Shown here: positions 12,071 through 24,308 of the stretch, piece after piece | Layout of the letters: each line of letters opens with the position of its first letter | How positions within the stretch are numbered: position 1 is the stretch's first letter | Assembly: GCF_006345805.1 (NCBI RefSeq) | Contig: NW_021833953.1 | Span: forward strand, 1-53,959 | Source of the DNA: Octopus sinensis | Taxonomy: Eukaryota | DNA: 53,959 bases | Direction: 5' to 3' | Notes under the pieces: model-generated | What the model was told of the DNA's origin: nothing | The model's input: only the letters and a program-made list of their open reading frames with translations | The model's database searches: none | Made by a program: the position numbers and the translations under genes

Positions 12071-15000
12071 ATGACTTACAAAATGTTGTCTGAACGTGTT
12101 GTGGTGATGTTTAATAAATTCATTTCCAGGAACACAGTCCGAGAAAAGCAGCCAAAAATGACCGCAAAGCAAGCCTATTTGCTCAAAGAATCCAATCAAA
12201 ACACGATTGTGGACTCCCCCTCAATCCAGCAGTCCAAAAGAGCCATCAAAGTCTGATCGACGGCAGTGGACTTTCCGTGTTGGACAGAAATCGAGAGGCT
12301 GAGGCCATCAGACTGGAAAATACCCATTTTCTCGAACAATTTTCTTCCTCAGAAATACTGGCCGAAAAAAAGCGAGTTCTGGACATGATTGGTAGACAGT
12401 CCAGTCAAATGTAGACCCTCAAATTCTAAAATTCGTAAAAAATGGAAAATCTACGAAAGCAAGTCCAAAAAAGTCAAAAAATATCCCAAATCACGTATTT
12501 GAGTTGATGGGAGGGGATTGGCTGCATATGGATTGTTTGGAAGCAGACAAACTGGAATGGATGAGTTGCCCTGAGTCATCAAACGAGGAGGCCACTCTAA
12601 GATTTGACCTGCGGGGGAATATTATGTCAGACGAGTCGGCTGATTCCTCTCTCTACCACCACAGCAGTGAGGTTGTGATTAGTCTATTCCTGTTAGAAGG
12701 CCGGATATTGTTTGGAGGAATTGGTTATGCTTGCTCATAGTTCATATTCTGGGCAGAGACTGCTAGCTTGGAATACACTGACCAGTATTATAGATCAGGT
12801 TGTGTGATTGTGTGATTCAGACACTCAACATGGGGAAGTATGGGAGAGAACAGTCTGCTTTAATTGTCGAGGGAATCCTCCAGTCGGGAGTTGTCTTTCT
12901 GCTGCGGTGGCTTCTCGATGAGGGGACAAAGTCTATGATTTGTGCAGCAGTGGAGTGTATGTATCAATTGCTGGTGAGGGAGGATGACGAAGTGAGTTTA
13001 TTCGGTCACTCCAAGAGGGCTCTGGACATGCTAGCACTCTCTTCCCTCTCATTAGTCTTCTCCTTCGATGTGCAGGTTGAGGGGGAGTCGGTCACTGATC
13101 TTGTCCAGAAGGATGTAGTCGAGGTGGAGTGTTTGCTTATGCCAGGGACTGTTGGCCATGTCTCTCCTTCCCAGACTGGCCTTTTTGTTTGGAGTCAAAT
13201 CACACGCCCTTTTTGAGACCATTCAGCAGAAGGATGAATTCAGAATGAGGATTGTGGATCTTTTAATTCGTATTTCCAGGAATTCTGCCAAAACATGTGC
13301 CCTCGTTTGTCCCCTTGTCTCAGTCTGGTAGATTTGCACGTGTCCCCACATGATCGACTCTCTTCTCGGGTGTTTTGAATCACATCCAGTGGAGTCCCCT
13401 CGTCTTGTTGTCCGCATCCTTAAACTGTTTTCTCTCATGTGCCTCAACTGTCCAGACTTTGCGACTCTTTTGGTGTCCCGTTGATATTTTAGTTGCAGAA
13501 CGAGAATGTCTGTTTCTGGAATTGTCTGTCGACCTTTCCCAACTCGATGCTTTCTCTGTTTGTTAAAAGTGCATGTTTAGCCAACATGTCTTCTGTTGGT
13601 CGGCTGTATTCCTTATTTCCCGATTCTGACGTCTTTGTCAGAGTTTCCTTTTACTGTGTTTGGGAGTTTTCCGTGGAAGACATTTTGGTGGAATTCGACC
13701 ACCTCACACTTATAGCTCAGAGTCGTGTTCGACAAATAGTTCTCTGTCTAAGATCTATTGCAGACCTGCTGCCTTGATTTGTACAGAATGCTGACTCCTG
13801 TTTTGTACATGGCCAATAATCTCGTCCAAAAGTGTCCTTCAGAAGTCAATATTTCGAAATATGCGGTCTCGTTCTGTCAGGTGTTGGCCGACTGTGATCA
13901 ACTGAAGGACAATTTGATTTATACGTTTCAGTCATTGTGGTGTGTTTATAATGTCACTAATCGTAGGAAGCACTCTTTTGGACGGTCGGAAAGGACATGC
14001 CCTGTAAAGAATTTGCCAATCATCATCAATAAGTATTGTAAGCACGAAAACCCTCCTCCCGACTGGGATTCGACGCCCATTTCATTTGTAACACAACTCG
14101 TGCAGTTCCTACTCACTGCCAGGGATAGTCTATTGGGAATGGTGGGGAATGTTGCCAAGTTATCTGATTGGTTTGTAAGGGCATACTTGTCAGGACATGT
14201 CACCTGTGATGGGTTGTGTTGTCTGTTGGCAAAATATGAATGCAGACTTGTTTATTTGCTCATAAAACTAAAAATGAGTGACCATGTGAGTGTTCAATAA
14301 TATATTTAGTGCACGAATGAGGACATATTGTTGTACTACGACTGCAGTCGACTGCTGGTCGAACGACTGTGTGCAGGCCAAAAGGGAATGCTTGTGGATA
14401 TCCTCGAGAACGTGTTGTTTTCTCCACACTGTTTAGCAGTAATAAAGTAGGGAGTCTTTCTTAATAAAGAACGGAATGTAATTTGAAGGATACATTTTGT
14501 TGTGTGGAAAGACTGGCTGGTCTGTATAGAGGTGTGGTGGTGGGTGATTTGAAAGGCCGTTTAATGCCAGTTGACTGGATGTACTCTCCTCTCGCGACTA
14601 TAAAAAAGTAGTATCTCCCATATATGTAGTGACGAGTCTGGTGAGAAGGACGCACTGAGTGTTCTTACTTATATACATTTAATTGAATCGAGGAGTGTCT
14701 GTTCTGCTGGATTTGAGAATATGTTTCGATGTGTCTCAAACATATACATTAACAGTCAGTTGGGTTTGTTATTTGTAGGCACTCTTTATTACAACGAAAA
14801 GATCTCTCAGTTGCTGGTCGATCTGGTATTGTTGTTCACCAACAAGACAATTAACACAGATATTCTGGAATGTTCCAGAATGTTCGACATTCAGTTGGAA
14901 TTTTTTCTGATCTGGTAGGTATGATCAACTACTCCAGAACTACTCATCAATGTCCTATGCAGAACTGTCTCACACACTGCTTGTCCTCTCTCCTTGTCGA

Positions 15001-15499
15001 CAAAACTTTCCCGTGAAATATCGCCAGCAGTTGTGGTCCACATATTCTTCCGGTCTCTACTCTATTCGTGTGAGTGGACTGAATTGCCCTGTATTCATTA
15101 ATCCTCATGTTAATAGTCCATCTCCCCTTATTTGTGGCCCAAGGAGATAGATGCAGACATGATTATGCACTACCTCACTGCTTTGGCTGCTAAACAACTT
15201 GATTCTTCTGAGAATCCTTTCATATTCGCTGTGGCTCTCCATCACGTCAATTTTTATTTTATGACCACTACGCTGAATGACATATCCGCCACCAACAGAA
15301 AATATTTGACAAATATCTTCAATTCCTCAAAATATACAGTTTTGCTATCTTTATATCAAAGGAATTACGGGATACTATTGTGAGGTTCCACAAAATACGG
15401 ACGGAAGGCACAGGGGAATTCATTAGCTACTACCCACGTGATTCCCTTCCGGTTCTTAGAGTCAACAGATTTGCTGAGTTGGAACTCTTGCCTTTATAA
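12071..15499 (+). CDS. RPAP1: RNA polymerase II-associated protein 1
   Basis: KASLFAQ, IRLENTHFLEQFSSSEILAEKKRVLDMI|DPQILKF (RPAP1_N) and LRFDLRGN...LYHHSSE|KAGYCLEEL (RPAP1_C). The start is at 12071 or 12083; several internal exon borders were not resolved. Confidence 0.9.
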
Positions 15500-18036
15500 A
15501 TCACTTTTTTGCACTCTTTTGACTGTTCCTGAGGCCATTTTGTAGTTTAGCCGAATCTAGCAAAGTAGCAAGTCTGGGTGGATTAGGAGGGGGTAGTTTG
15601 TATATGACGAATATGAGATGGTCATCTTTAAAAAAAAGGAGGTACACTGTAGAGGGACCCTTTCTATAGTTTAAAAAGAAGAAATATTAGTTTAAAAAGA
15701 AACGACACCAGAAACCGAACCAGACTGTTAGTTTTGTTAGTAATTAGATCAGGTTAAACCAAGTAAGCCACTAAGGCGACAAATGGGATGAATCCGGCCA
15801 ATAGCCCATTCCCTCCTATAAATAGAATATGGTCCGTCACCCATCACGAGATTTCCATGAGAGTCGTGCATTTTTGGCTTTGGAATTGCTAAAAATTAAA
15901 CTTGCGCCATTTAACTTACGAATTTCTGTGGCCACTGATTGGAGAAAGGTCAAAAATATATCATAAATACAATTCTATATTATAAACTCTCGAATACCGC
16001 AAAATCTTCCGTACTAGTCCCCGATTTTGATAACATTTTTTGTTTCATTTTCTAAAACTAAAATTTACATTCGTTACTAAGAATTCCACGGCATGTTCTT
16101 TTACTTTATCGTTGAGGTCCACTAATAGAGCATTATTTAATAGAATAATTACTTATTAGTTGAGAATAAGGCGGCATAATCGGTGAAATATTAGTCTAAT
16201 CTATAGAATTAAAATATTTCACCGCTTCCGGCTGATTAGTAAGAGAATTTAACGTTGTATTGAAATGATGGTATAGTTGATTCTAAAATATATATAACTC
16301 GAGCACCATATAATTATTGGATTCAATATTAATTTCGACAGATGAATTTATTGCCATCACATGTGTCTGAAATTATTTAATAAAAAAACTTGAAGAGTTT
16401 GATATGCCTGAGTGTCACCTAATAATATTAAATTATAATATATACTAATCGACATTTTTAATGTCAGTAAACTCGGAATAAGAATCATCTTTAACTGATG
16501 CAAATAAAAATACGGCAATTATTTTCTTTTCCATGGGTTCTCCTCTAATCTTAAGTAACATATATGTGTAGCGTTTCAAATATTCTTTCTATTATTTAAT
16601 TTTAATTTTGGAACCGCTAACTCTTCATTGGCAACAGTAGACACTAAATTCGTTTTCATGTTCGTAAGATATATATATGACAACATAGATTCATACAATT
16701 TGAGGAAGATTCAAACTTGGATGTTGATTTAAATAATTATTCAGATTATCACTGAAGGATTTAGACGTTGAGGTTCCCTACGATTTAAGAATAGCAAATT
16801 TTTTACAAGTTGTTCTTGAACAGCATTTGCAATCTAAAAGTAAACAAATTAATATACAGCAACAATGTGTATTTGGGTAAAACTTGTATCACCATGAATA
16901 TCAGCTATTGCGAACTGGCTTTACAATATAAATTCTACTTGAAAATTGACATCAGCTGAAATGTTGTCCATATGCATGACTATGTCAGGGATGATGTCCA
17001 TCTAAAAATAAAACACAGTTAAATACAGTCAAACGCCTTTGGAAGCACATTGCTAAGAAAGGATCAGCTACTTATCAATACCTGAAATGTGAGCAGAGAA
17101 AAATAAGAAGATCGCGATCATTGTTCTAATCTTTTTTACGACTATTTATATTGGTAGGATATAATTAAATTTAGCGTTAAATTTCGGAGAATTGTTACAT
17201 TTTTCTTGGTTTTTAATTAATTTTGCATCTATAATTCCCTTCCTCTTGCATCCATAATTAAGCAGTCAATTATCTTTGAAGAGAATATCTCTGTAGAAGC
17301 GATTGGGACAAGGGAGTTTGTAATAGAAATTGATCATCAAATTCAGATTATGAATTTTAAGGCTAAAGATGGCTTTGTGAAATGTCCAAAAATGATATTT
17401 TTTAGAATTGCTAAAATAATAATTTTGTTTGTGATAATCTCCAACTTTTTACATGAGACAAACTGTTTTTGAATCATTTTTTAATTAGTATCAAGGAATG
17501 ATTTAAATCATTCTTGTAATTTTTGTTATAATTTTTTGAATTTTTCGAATTTTTTCTACATTTTTCATTATTGGTTTTTATTAAAAAGTGGTAAAATTGA
17601 CTGTTAAAGTGGCAGTATAAAGTGGTACCTGACCCTGACGACACCATGAAAATTGTCCGGTTTTTCGAAAAGCACGGTTTATCGAGGTTTTGGGATATAT
17701 GAAAATTATCTTATCAAAAGGACATTAAGTAAGATTCTATTTATTGAGAAATGCTTTGAAATCATTAAAGCCAAAGGATTTTATGAATGAAGTTGCTTTC
17801 GCCTGAATAATAGAAATCACAGAGTGAAGAGATCTAGCTATCTGAAACCATCCCCAAATGACTATATTGAAAAAGACTGTAACGGAGTTATACTGTACCT
17901 ATAACACTGCACTTGTGGTCTTTCTATCTGGGAAATTCAATTTGACAAGGATACATAAATTCATTATTATTAACCCAATTAAATTTTATATTCATTGTAA
18001 TTAGAATAAGTGTATCTATAGTCACGACACACTTTG

Positions 18037-19145
18037 ATGGAGACTGTTCAGAACTTGTTTCTGCTGGATACTATTTCTAGAAATGTCAACAAAAAACTAA
18101 TGTCAAACAAAAAGGAAACAATTTTGCTCTCGCTAATAAAATCTGGGGACTACGAGTGCTTCTTTGACTTGGGACAGCTATACCTGGAGAACGTATGCTT
18201 GTTCTGAAGGAAAATCAGGGCGACATTGAAGAAGCCTTCAGAATGTTAGAGAACGGCAGCAAACATGACATCCAGGCAAAATATCAGCTTGCAGTACTAC
18301 ACTTTGACGGAGTCTTGGGTCAGTCTGATCATGTAAATTGTAATCGACTATTAACAGAAGACGGGGATGAGACTGATGAAGCAAGTCGCATGTGCGGAAG
18401 AATCCTCAGACAAAAGTGCCGTTGTGAGGGCTGCACAGTACAACATTGGCCAGGCGTATCTCCACGGAGTCGGCGTGGAAGCAGACTACGTTGAAGCTAT
18501 CAAGTAAAGAGGAGTTTTCACAAGGGTTTTTTAAACTGGCTGCAGAAAGCGGTCTTGCAAAGGCTCAAACGGCCCTGGGATTTATTTATTCGGATTTAAA
18601 AAGCGATTTGATGGACTTGGAAAAGGCATTCGTGTATCATTCGGATGCCTGCCGCAACGGGAGCGTCGAGTCACAGGGTTGATGCTTTGTGCATGTACAG
18701 GAATTGTCGGATCTATGTACTTGTTTGGCTTTGGGACTACTCCCAACTTGGACAGTGCCATTAAATATCTGAGGGACGCAGCACGCCGAGAAAATATATT
18801 AGCTAAAGGACTGTTGGTGACTTGTTATCAAAAATGTGGCTTTTTCCGTCAGGCATTTGATCTGGCTCAGAGGTGAGAACAATTTTCAAATGTCTTAGAG
18901 TCGCAAATCTAGAAGATCAGGTCGACAGGATTGCACAGGACACCCAATGCTCTTCTTTTCTCGTGAAAAGAGGAGTCTGCTATGCTTCATTTCTGGTAGC
19001 TCGACACTACCACAAAGCGGGAGATGGGTTTCTAAGCAATGTTTATTATTCAAAAGTATGCATTTTGTTCTACCCACAGGCTATTAGGATGGATCCTGAT
19101 TTGAGTTTGACTCTCTATATGGCCGATCTATACGGACATCTTTGA
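18037..19145 (+). CDS. LRP2BP: LRP2-binding protein (Sel1-like repeats)
   Basis: FDLGQLYLEN|GDIEEA, AKYQLAVLHFDG, AQYNIGQAYLHGVGV, DLEKAFVYHSDACRNGSVESQG and YYSK|AIRMDP are collinear with vertebrate LRP2BP. Confidence 0.9.
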
Positions 19146-19551
19146 TTATAAAATTAATTCAGAATTAATTTAATTGTCTTTTTCCTCCTTTCGAACACTG
19201 CATTGAGGCGTTATTTGTGCTGGTAGATGAAAGTATGTAAAAGAAGTTTGTTTTTTTTATAATTGAGAGCTATTTGTTCAGTTTGATCTATTTCTGTCTT
19301 TATGTTGGATTTTTTTAATTACGCCCCTGTTGGATGATTGGGCAACGACGATAAAATCCTAGGTCCTAGGTCTTAAGCAGTCTCCAATGACATGTTCAAT
19401 GTGAAGAGAAAGTCGAGGATGAGTTTATTTTTAAAAGATTTGTTATTTTTATAAATCATCAATTTCCATGTGATGTCAATAGTCTGAAATAATTCATTTT
19501 ATTAAAGAATGAACAGTTTTTCATTTCCAAATGAAATGTTTACATTGCTTT

Positions 19552-20050
19552 AACTGAGTGAACCAAGGCACAAGGGTATTCTTTCGATAACTGAAATATT
19601 TAAAATGAATAGATTGAATAATGCTTGGCAAAGTGGGACATTGTGGTATATATTCAGACAAAATTAATTTAGATTTAATATATTCCTTAATAAAATACAT
19701 TCATTGATACAAAATCTACTGATGATCTGAGAAATAAGAGACGAAATGTGTTGAATTGCTTAAGATCTAACATTTCTTGTAAAGAATATTTAAAGTTTAG
19801 TAAAATTTATAACTATACGACTTGTTAAACTTAAAAGATGCCAAATTATTCACACATTATACATGGAACAAGATTGATAGTTCCTTAATATTCAAATGCA
19901 TTGCTTGAACTGAGAGAACCAAGACACAAAGGTATTCTTTCGATAACTAAAATATCTAAAATGAAAAGTTTGAATAAAGCTTGTCAATGTGGGACACTTT
20001 GGTATATATTCAGACAAAATTAATTCAGATTTAATATATTCCTTAATAAA
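19552..20050. repeat. Diverged direct repeat of about 143 bp (19552-19694 and 19908-20050)
   Basis: Both copies share GAACCAAG-CACAA-GGTATTCTTTCGATAACT...GGTATATATTCAGACAAAATTAATT-AGATTTAATATATTCCTTAATAAA, offset by 356 bp. Confidence 0.85.
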
Positions 20051-20401
20051 CTAAATCCCCGAAATTGGCGGATTTGAGGGACTTTACTGTAGTCAGTTTT
20101 TTATAGACGTATCTTTTTGTTTTCTAGATATGCTAAATGTGTCATTTTCTTTATAAATTTAGTGACTTGAGGAATAAATGTGACATTTTAAGACATTTTA
20201 ATTACCAAAGGACCAAGGTATGCCAGTTAATTATAATCTCCTGTGATCTCCAAAGCTTCAGCCAAAGGGCCAGTTAGATAAACATCTACAACTATAAAAA
20301 AGTTATTAAAGTTAGAGGAGTCCGTTTTACTATATTGTATTTGGATATATCATTGTAATTATTTTAAATATGATTTGATTTTTTTGTCTTTGTGGGTTTT
20401 T

Positions 20402-23400
20402 ATGGATTGCACTTTATTTGTCGAGCATCTTGACTTACTGGTCGACAAATGTGGAGGATTGTTGGTCAGAATATACAACTATAAAAAGGTACATTCACAC
20501 TGACAGTGTTAGATGTTGTCCGACTCCTCGTCCCATTCATGGCTGGGAGACAAAAATGTCGAGTCTGCCTTAAAGTCAATTTCCAAGAAGCACAATTCTC
20601 TCAACCTAAAATCTGTAAAAATTTTCCTACCAATCAGAACTATGCTTTATCCGTGGGGCCCCTTCGTGGTGACATTATTAAAGATATGGGTCCCCTCTAC
20701 TCTACACTTCTCGACCTCCTCAATCTCCTCGTCTCGCCTGTTTGGTTACTTTTAGGACAACCTCCGACCATTCGCCAATTTACTAAATGGACTAAATCTC
20801 CGTTTGGACATTGTACTCCCTCCTGATTGACCTAGTCCAGGGGTTCTCAACCTTTTTAGCTCAAGGGCCAAATCGATAATTAAGATTAGCTTCGCGGGCC
20901 GCACAAAAAATATTTTATATATTTTTATATTTTCCATTTTACTAAATATTGATTCGCATAAATATGTAGATTCATATATGCATTGTGTGTTATATTTTTG
21001 AATTTGTTTTGAGGAATTAATTCGTAAAAATTAATAATGGACGCATTTTTGAACAATGCCGCCAGTTCTATATCATGTTGTAAATTAATGAGTTCTAGTT
21101 GAAACTTTGCAGGCGCATCCTTAATTTCCACGCTGAATGGAGTTGCGAATATTTTCATCAAAGGAAGGAATTCTTTAAAATTCTAAAAATTAAATTTATA
21201 TAAATGTACCCCAAAACGTGCTTCAAATTGATTAATGAAATCACCAATTATGAATATGTTTAACCTTAAGAATGAATAATTAAATTTAAACATTATTAAA
21301 AAAATTACAAAAGTTAGTTACTCTAGAGGGGCCGCAAACAAAATCCTGGGGGCCACATGCGGCCCCGGGGGCCGCATTTGAGAACCGCTGACCTAGTCGA
21401 CCAATCCTTACCCAGGATGCTCACTCGTCCAGTTGGTGGCTGATCTGGTCTCGTCTCTCCTTCTGATTGGGGACATGCCCAACCTCCAGTCACTGATCAC
21501 CCTCTATTTCTACTGCCACTCCTCTGTCCATGGAGTACGACTAGAGTTGCCTCAGACTTGCCAATTATAGGGAATTCACTCGATTGGGTCACTTTCTTGT
21601 AGAGTGTGGGGCACCCTTCAGCAAACTAAGGAAAGAGGTGGGGACATTTGCAGGGGTTGGTGGCTGTCTAATCCTCAGGTCGTGGGGACATGTCTCCACT
21701 CACTCTTCACTCTCAATACTCAGTTGCCAGACATCCCTCCCTTTCGACTGGCCAGATTGACACTCCGTCTATTATTTGTCTCTACTTTAGTTACTTCGTT
21801 GGCTGTGACTGGGGAAGTGGTCAAGGACAGTCTGTCTTCTTATTTCCTCGAAACTATACGTACATTCCCGCTGGTTTGTCTTATCCGGGACGAGGTCAGA
21901 AATGTCCATGACCTCTTTTCTCGCTGTTTTGCGGCTATAAAACTGTTGGAGGTTGATTGGTCATTTTATAGTCAACTTGCTTCTAAAATGGAATTGAGGC
22001 AGAATTCTATCAGTCATTTGTTAAATGTGTACTAATATGGCTAGTCTGGCCGACAGGAAAGAGAAACGACTGTTTCTGTTGGGATTGATGGAAGAATTGT
22101 GTTCAGAAATGGGGAGAGGGTTTATTCCAGAAAGAGTAGTCGTCTTATCTTACTAAAGTTGTGTCTCATTTCCAAATTGATGGAGCATTCTGTCGACGAG
22201 ATAAAAGCAGTCTTGTCAGCCACTGTCCTCGTGCACTCCAAACGTGTCAAATTGGAAGGCGACCTCAATGACAGGCACACAAATACAGTAACCTGCAGGT
22301 CAGTTGGGGGACTAGTATATATATTGGGACGCCTACATAATATGTGTTTGATTGGCAAGTCTGTTGCGTTAGACTACATCAAATCACGGTGCCATCACAT
22401 TCTCTCTCGATTGGAGGTTGTGTCGTGTGTTTATTCCAGGAGTCCGACGATGTGATGATATTATTGAGACAAGCCATTTCTAGCCCAGTCGACCATCTGC
22501 GAGTTGTGCAGACCATTTACAGTCAACGAGGACTGTCTGTATCCCCTGATCTTTCAGAATTGTTATTTATACTCCCCCTTCTGCACGGATACGAGCATTG
22601 GTTGTCAAACAAGTGTGATCTTTCCTCATATTTGTACTCCACCTGGTTATTCCCAGTTTTCCTCCCCGTTTGCTTGAACAACACATGCATGTTTGCATTA
22701 GTGATCCTGACAGAACCCCCTTCTTATTGGGGTATATGCGAGTATTGGAAAGTGTTGGGGGGTGTCTCCATCGACTGTGTCCCGAGGAGGTATCCTTGCT
22801 AGTAATGACAGCACTCCTCCCTTTTGGCACTGTCAGAGAACATGTCTCTCAAATTGGTGGAGGCAGTGAGTTGTGCTGTGGTGAGACACATTGAGCAGTC
22901 CTTCCTGGTCAGACTAAGGATGATCGAACAAGTATGTCCCACTGTTATGCCAGATTGACTGTCCACTTGTCATGGCTGCCCGACTGGTGACTAAACGTGG
23001 AGTGGAGTACTCCGAGTGGAGTCCAACTCCTCTGTCCTCTCTCCTACGGGTTGTTGGGGCACAGCACAGACCAGTACTGCTCAGTGCAGTCAAGGCACTA
23101 TTCCTTAAGTAAGTGAAACAATTATTCCAGACTGGTGGGAGAGTGTGCTGGTTTGATGCCCTCCCGTGCCCTCAGACGAGTCAGAATTATACGAGAACTG
23201 TCGATGGAGACAGTGAGTGAGGAGAGTGTGGTGGAAGGAATGCACCGAGTGTATTGTGAGGTCATCCTCCAAGCTATTGCTCGTCGTGAAGTGCTCTACT
23301 CATTTGCCCACGACTGTTTTGTGGGGATATGCCCTCTGGATGGGGATACTCTATTTGATTTGGAGGAGTATACGTCACCCACTGGTTGTCTGTCCATAGC

Positions 23401-24232
23401 AGTAGTCATAGAACTTGTGGCTTTGTCATCTCTCATTGGTGAACAAGGGATTGTCCTGATTGCCCAGAAAGTGTATGCTCATGTGGTGGATCAGTTCAGA
23501 GAGTTGATGGTAGTATGTGTTTTGTGACTCCAAGAATATCTCATCCCAACTGCACTCACAAATCAAGACCGTCCATGCCAATTTGGGGGATGTCGGTCTC
23601 CTTAGTGAGTCAGTCAAGACATTTCAGAGTAATGAATATGGTCAGTCTAAGGGAGTGCCCGTCGTGAATTGGATGTCTTTTTCAACCGGCTGGTGGTTGG
23701 AAGTGTCCTTCTCCAGTACCGTTCCATGCTTCTTAACAACTCATGTGCTGGTTTTAATGAGTTGGGGGAGTGCTTGGATGACAGTCCGGGTGTCTATTGT
23801 GTTCATATTGACAGAAAATGCCTTCCATTCGCTGGCTATTCTCATTGCGGTCTGCCTCACTCGTCCGTCGGTTTATAATAACCTGAAATACTACGAGGAA
23901 TACGATGGTGGCATTTTTATGTCTAAAGAAGGGTTTTCCAATAACGTGGCCTCAATTTCCGCGTTCATCACAGCCTTCTTTCCTCTTCTGGCCACGGAGG
24001 AGTCGGGAGTGTTCACACGAGTGGAGGACATGGTGAAACTAATTCTTCTGGTTCCACTCTCAGAGTTACTGTAGACCTGTTCTGCTGTGATGTGCAGTGA
24101 ACATTCTCCCGAGATGATGCATGTGAGTGTGTACAGGGTATGTCCTCCTTCTTAGTGTAGGTGCTGCATGCTACTCAATATCTCTCTCACGACGTACTCG
24201 AGCAGTGGCTATCTAAGCCTGTTTTTGTTTGA
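20402..24232 (+). CDS. NCKAP1: Nck-associated protein 1 (Nap1/HEM-2, WAVE complex subunit), with a transposon at one splice acceptor
   Basis: GLLVRIYNYKK|...SWLGDKNVESALKSISKK, EFTRLGHFLVE, CLIRDEV, LHRLCPEE, FDLEEY, EGFSNNVASI and YLSHDVLEQ are collinear with NCKAP1. Confidence 0.92.
20838..21390 (-). mobile_element. 553-bp internally deleted hAT (Buster/SPIN, GTF2IRD2-like) element
   Basis: TIRs CAGGGGTTCTCAA and CAGCGGTTCTCAA; perfect 8-bp TSD ACCTAGTC at 20830-20837 and 21391-21398. The internal ORF FATPFSVEIKDAPAKFQLELINLQHD...FYELIP matches the hAT transposase C-terminus. Confidence 0.95.
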
Positions 24233-24308
24233 TTTTGTTGATTTATTTTCTCTTTATTTATTGTTTAGTTACGTAGATTATTTTTGGAATAAAATATTTA
24301 AAATAGTG

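Noticed and set aside
15900-18000. Possible decayed ORFs in the AT-rich spacer between RPAP1 and LRP2BP
   Set aside because: Only stop-riddled fragments with no motif I could assign.
20287-20488. 15-bp match TACAACTATAAAAAG upstream of and inside NCKAP1 exon 1
   Set aside because: Short and A-rich, with no extension of similarity on either side.
6375-24232. Functional clustering of the actin regulators MTSS1 and NCKAP1
   Set aside because: They are separated by unrelated housekeeping genes; chance adjacency is sufficient.
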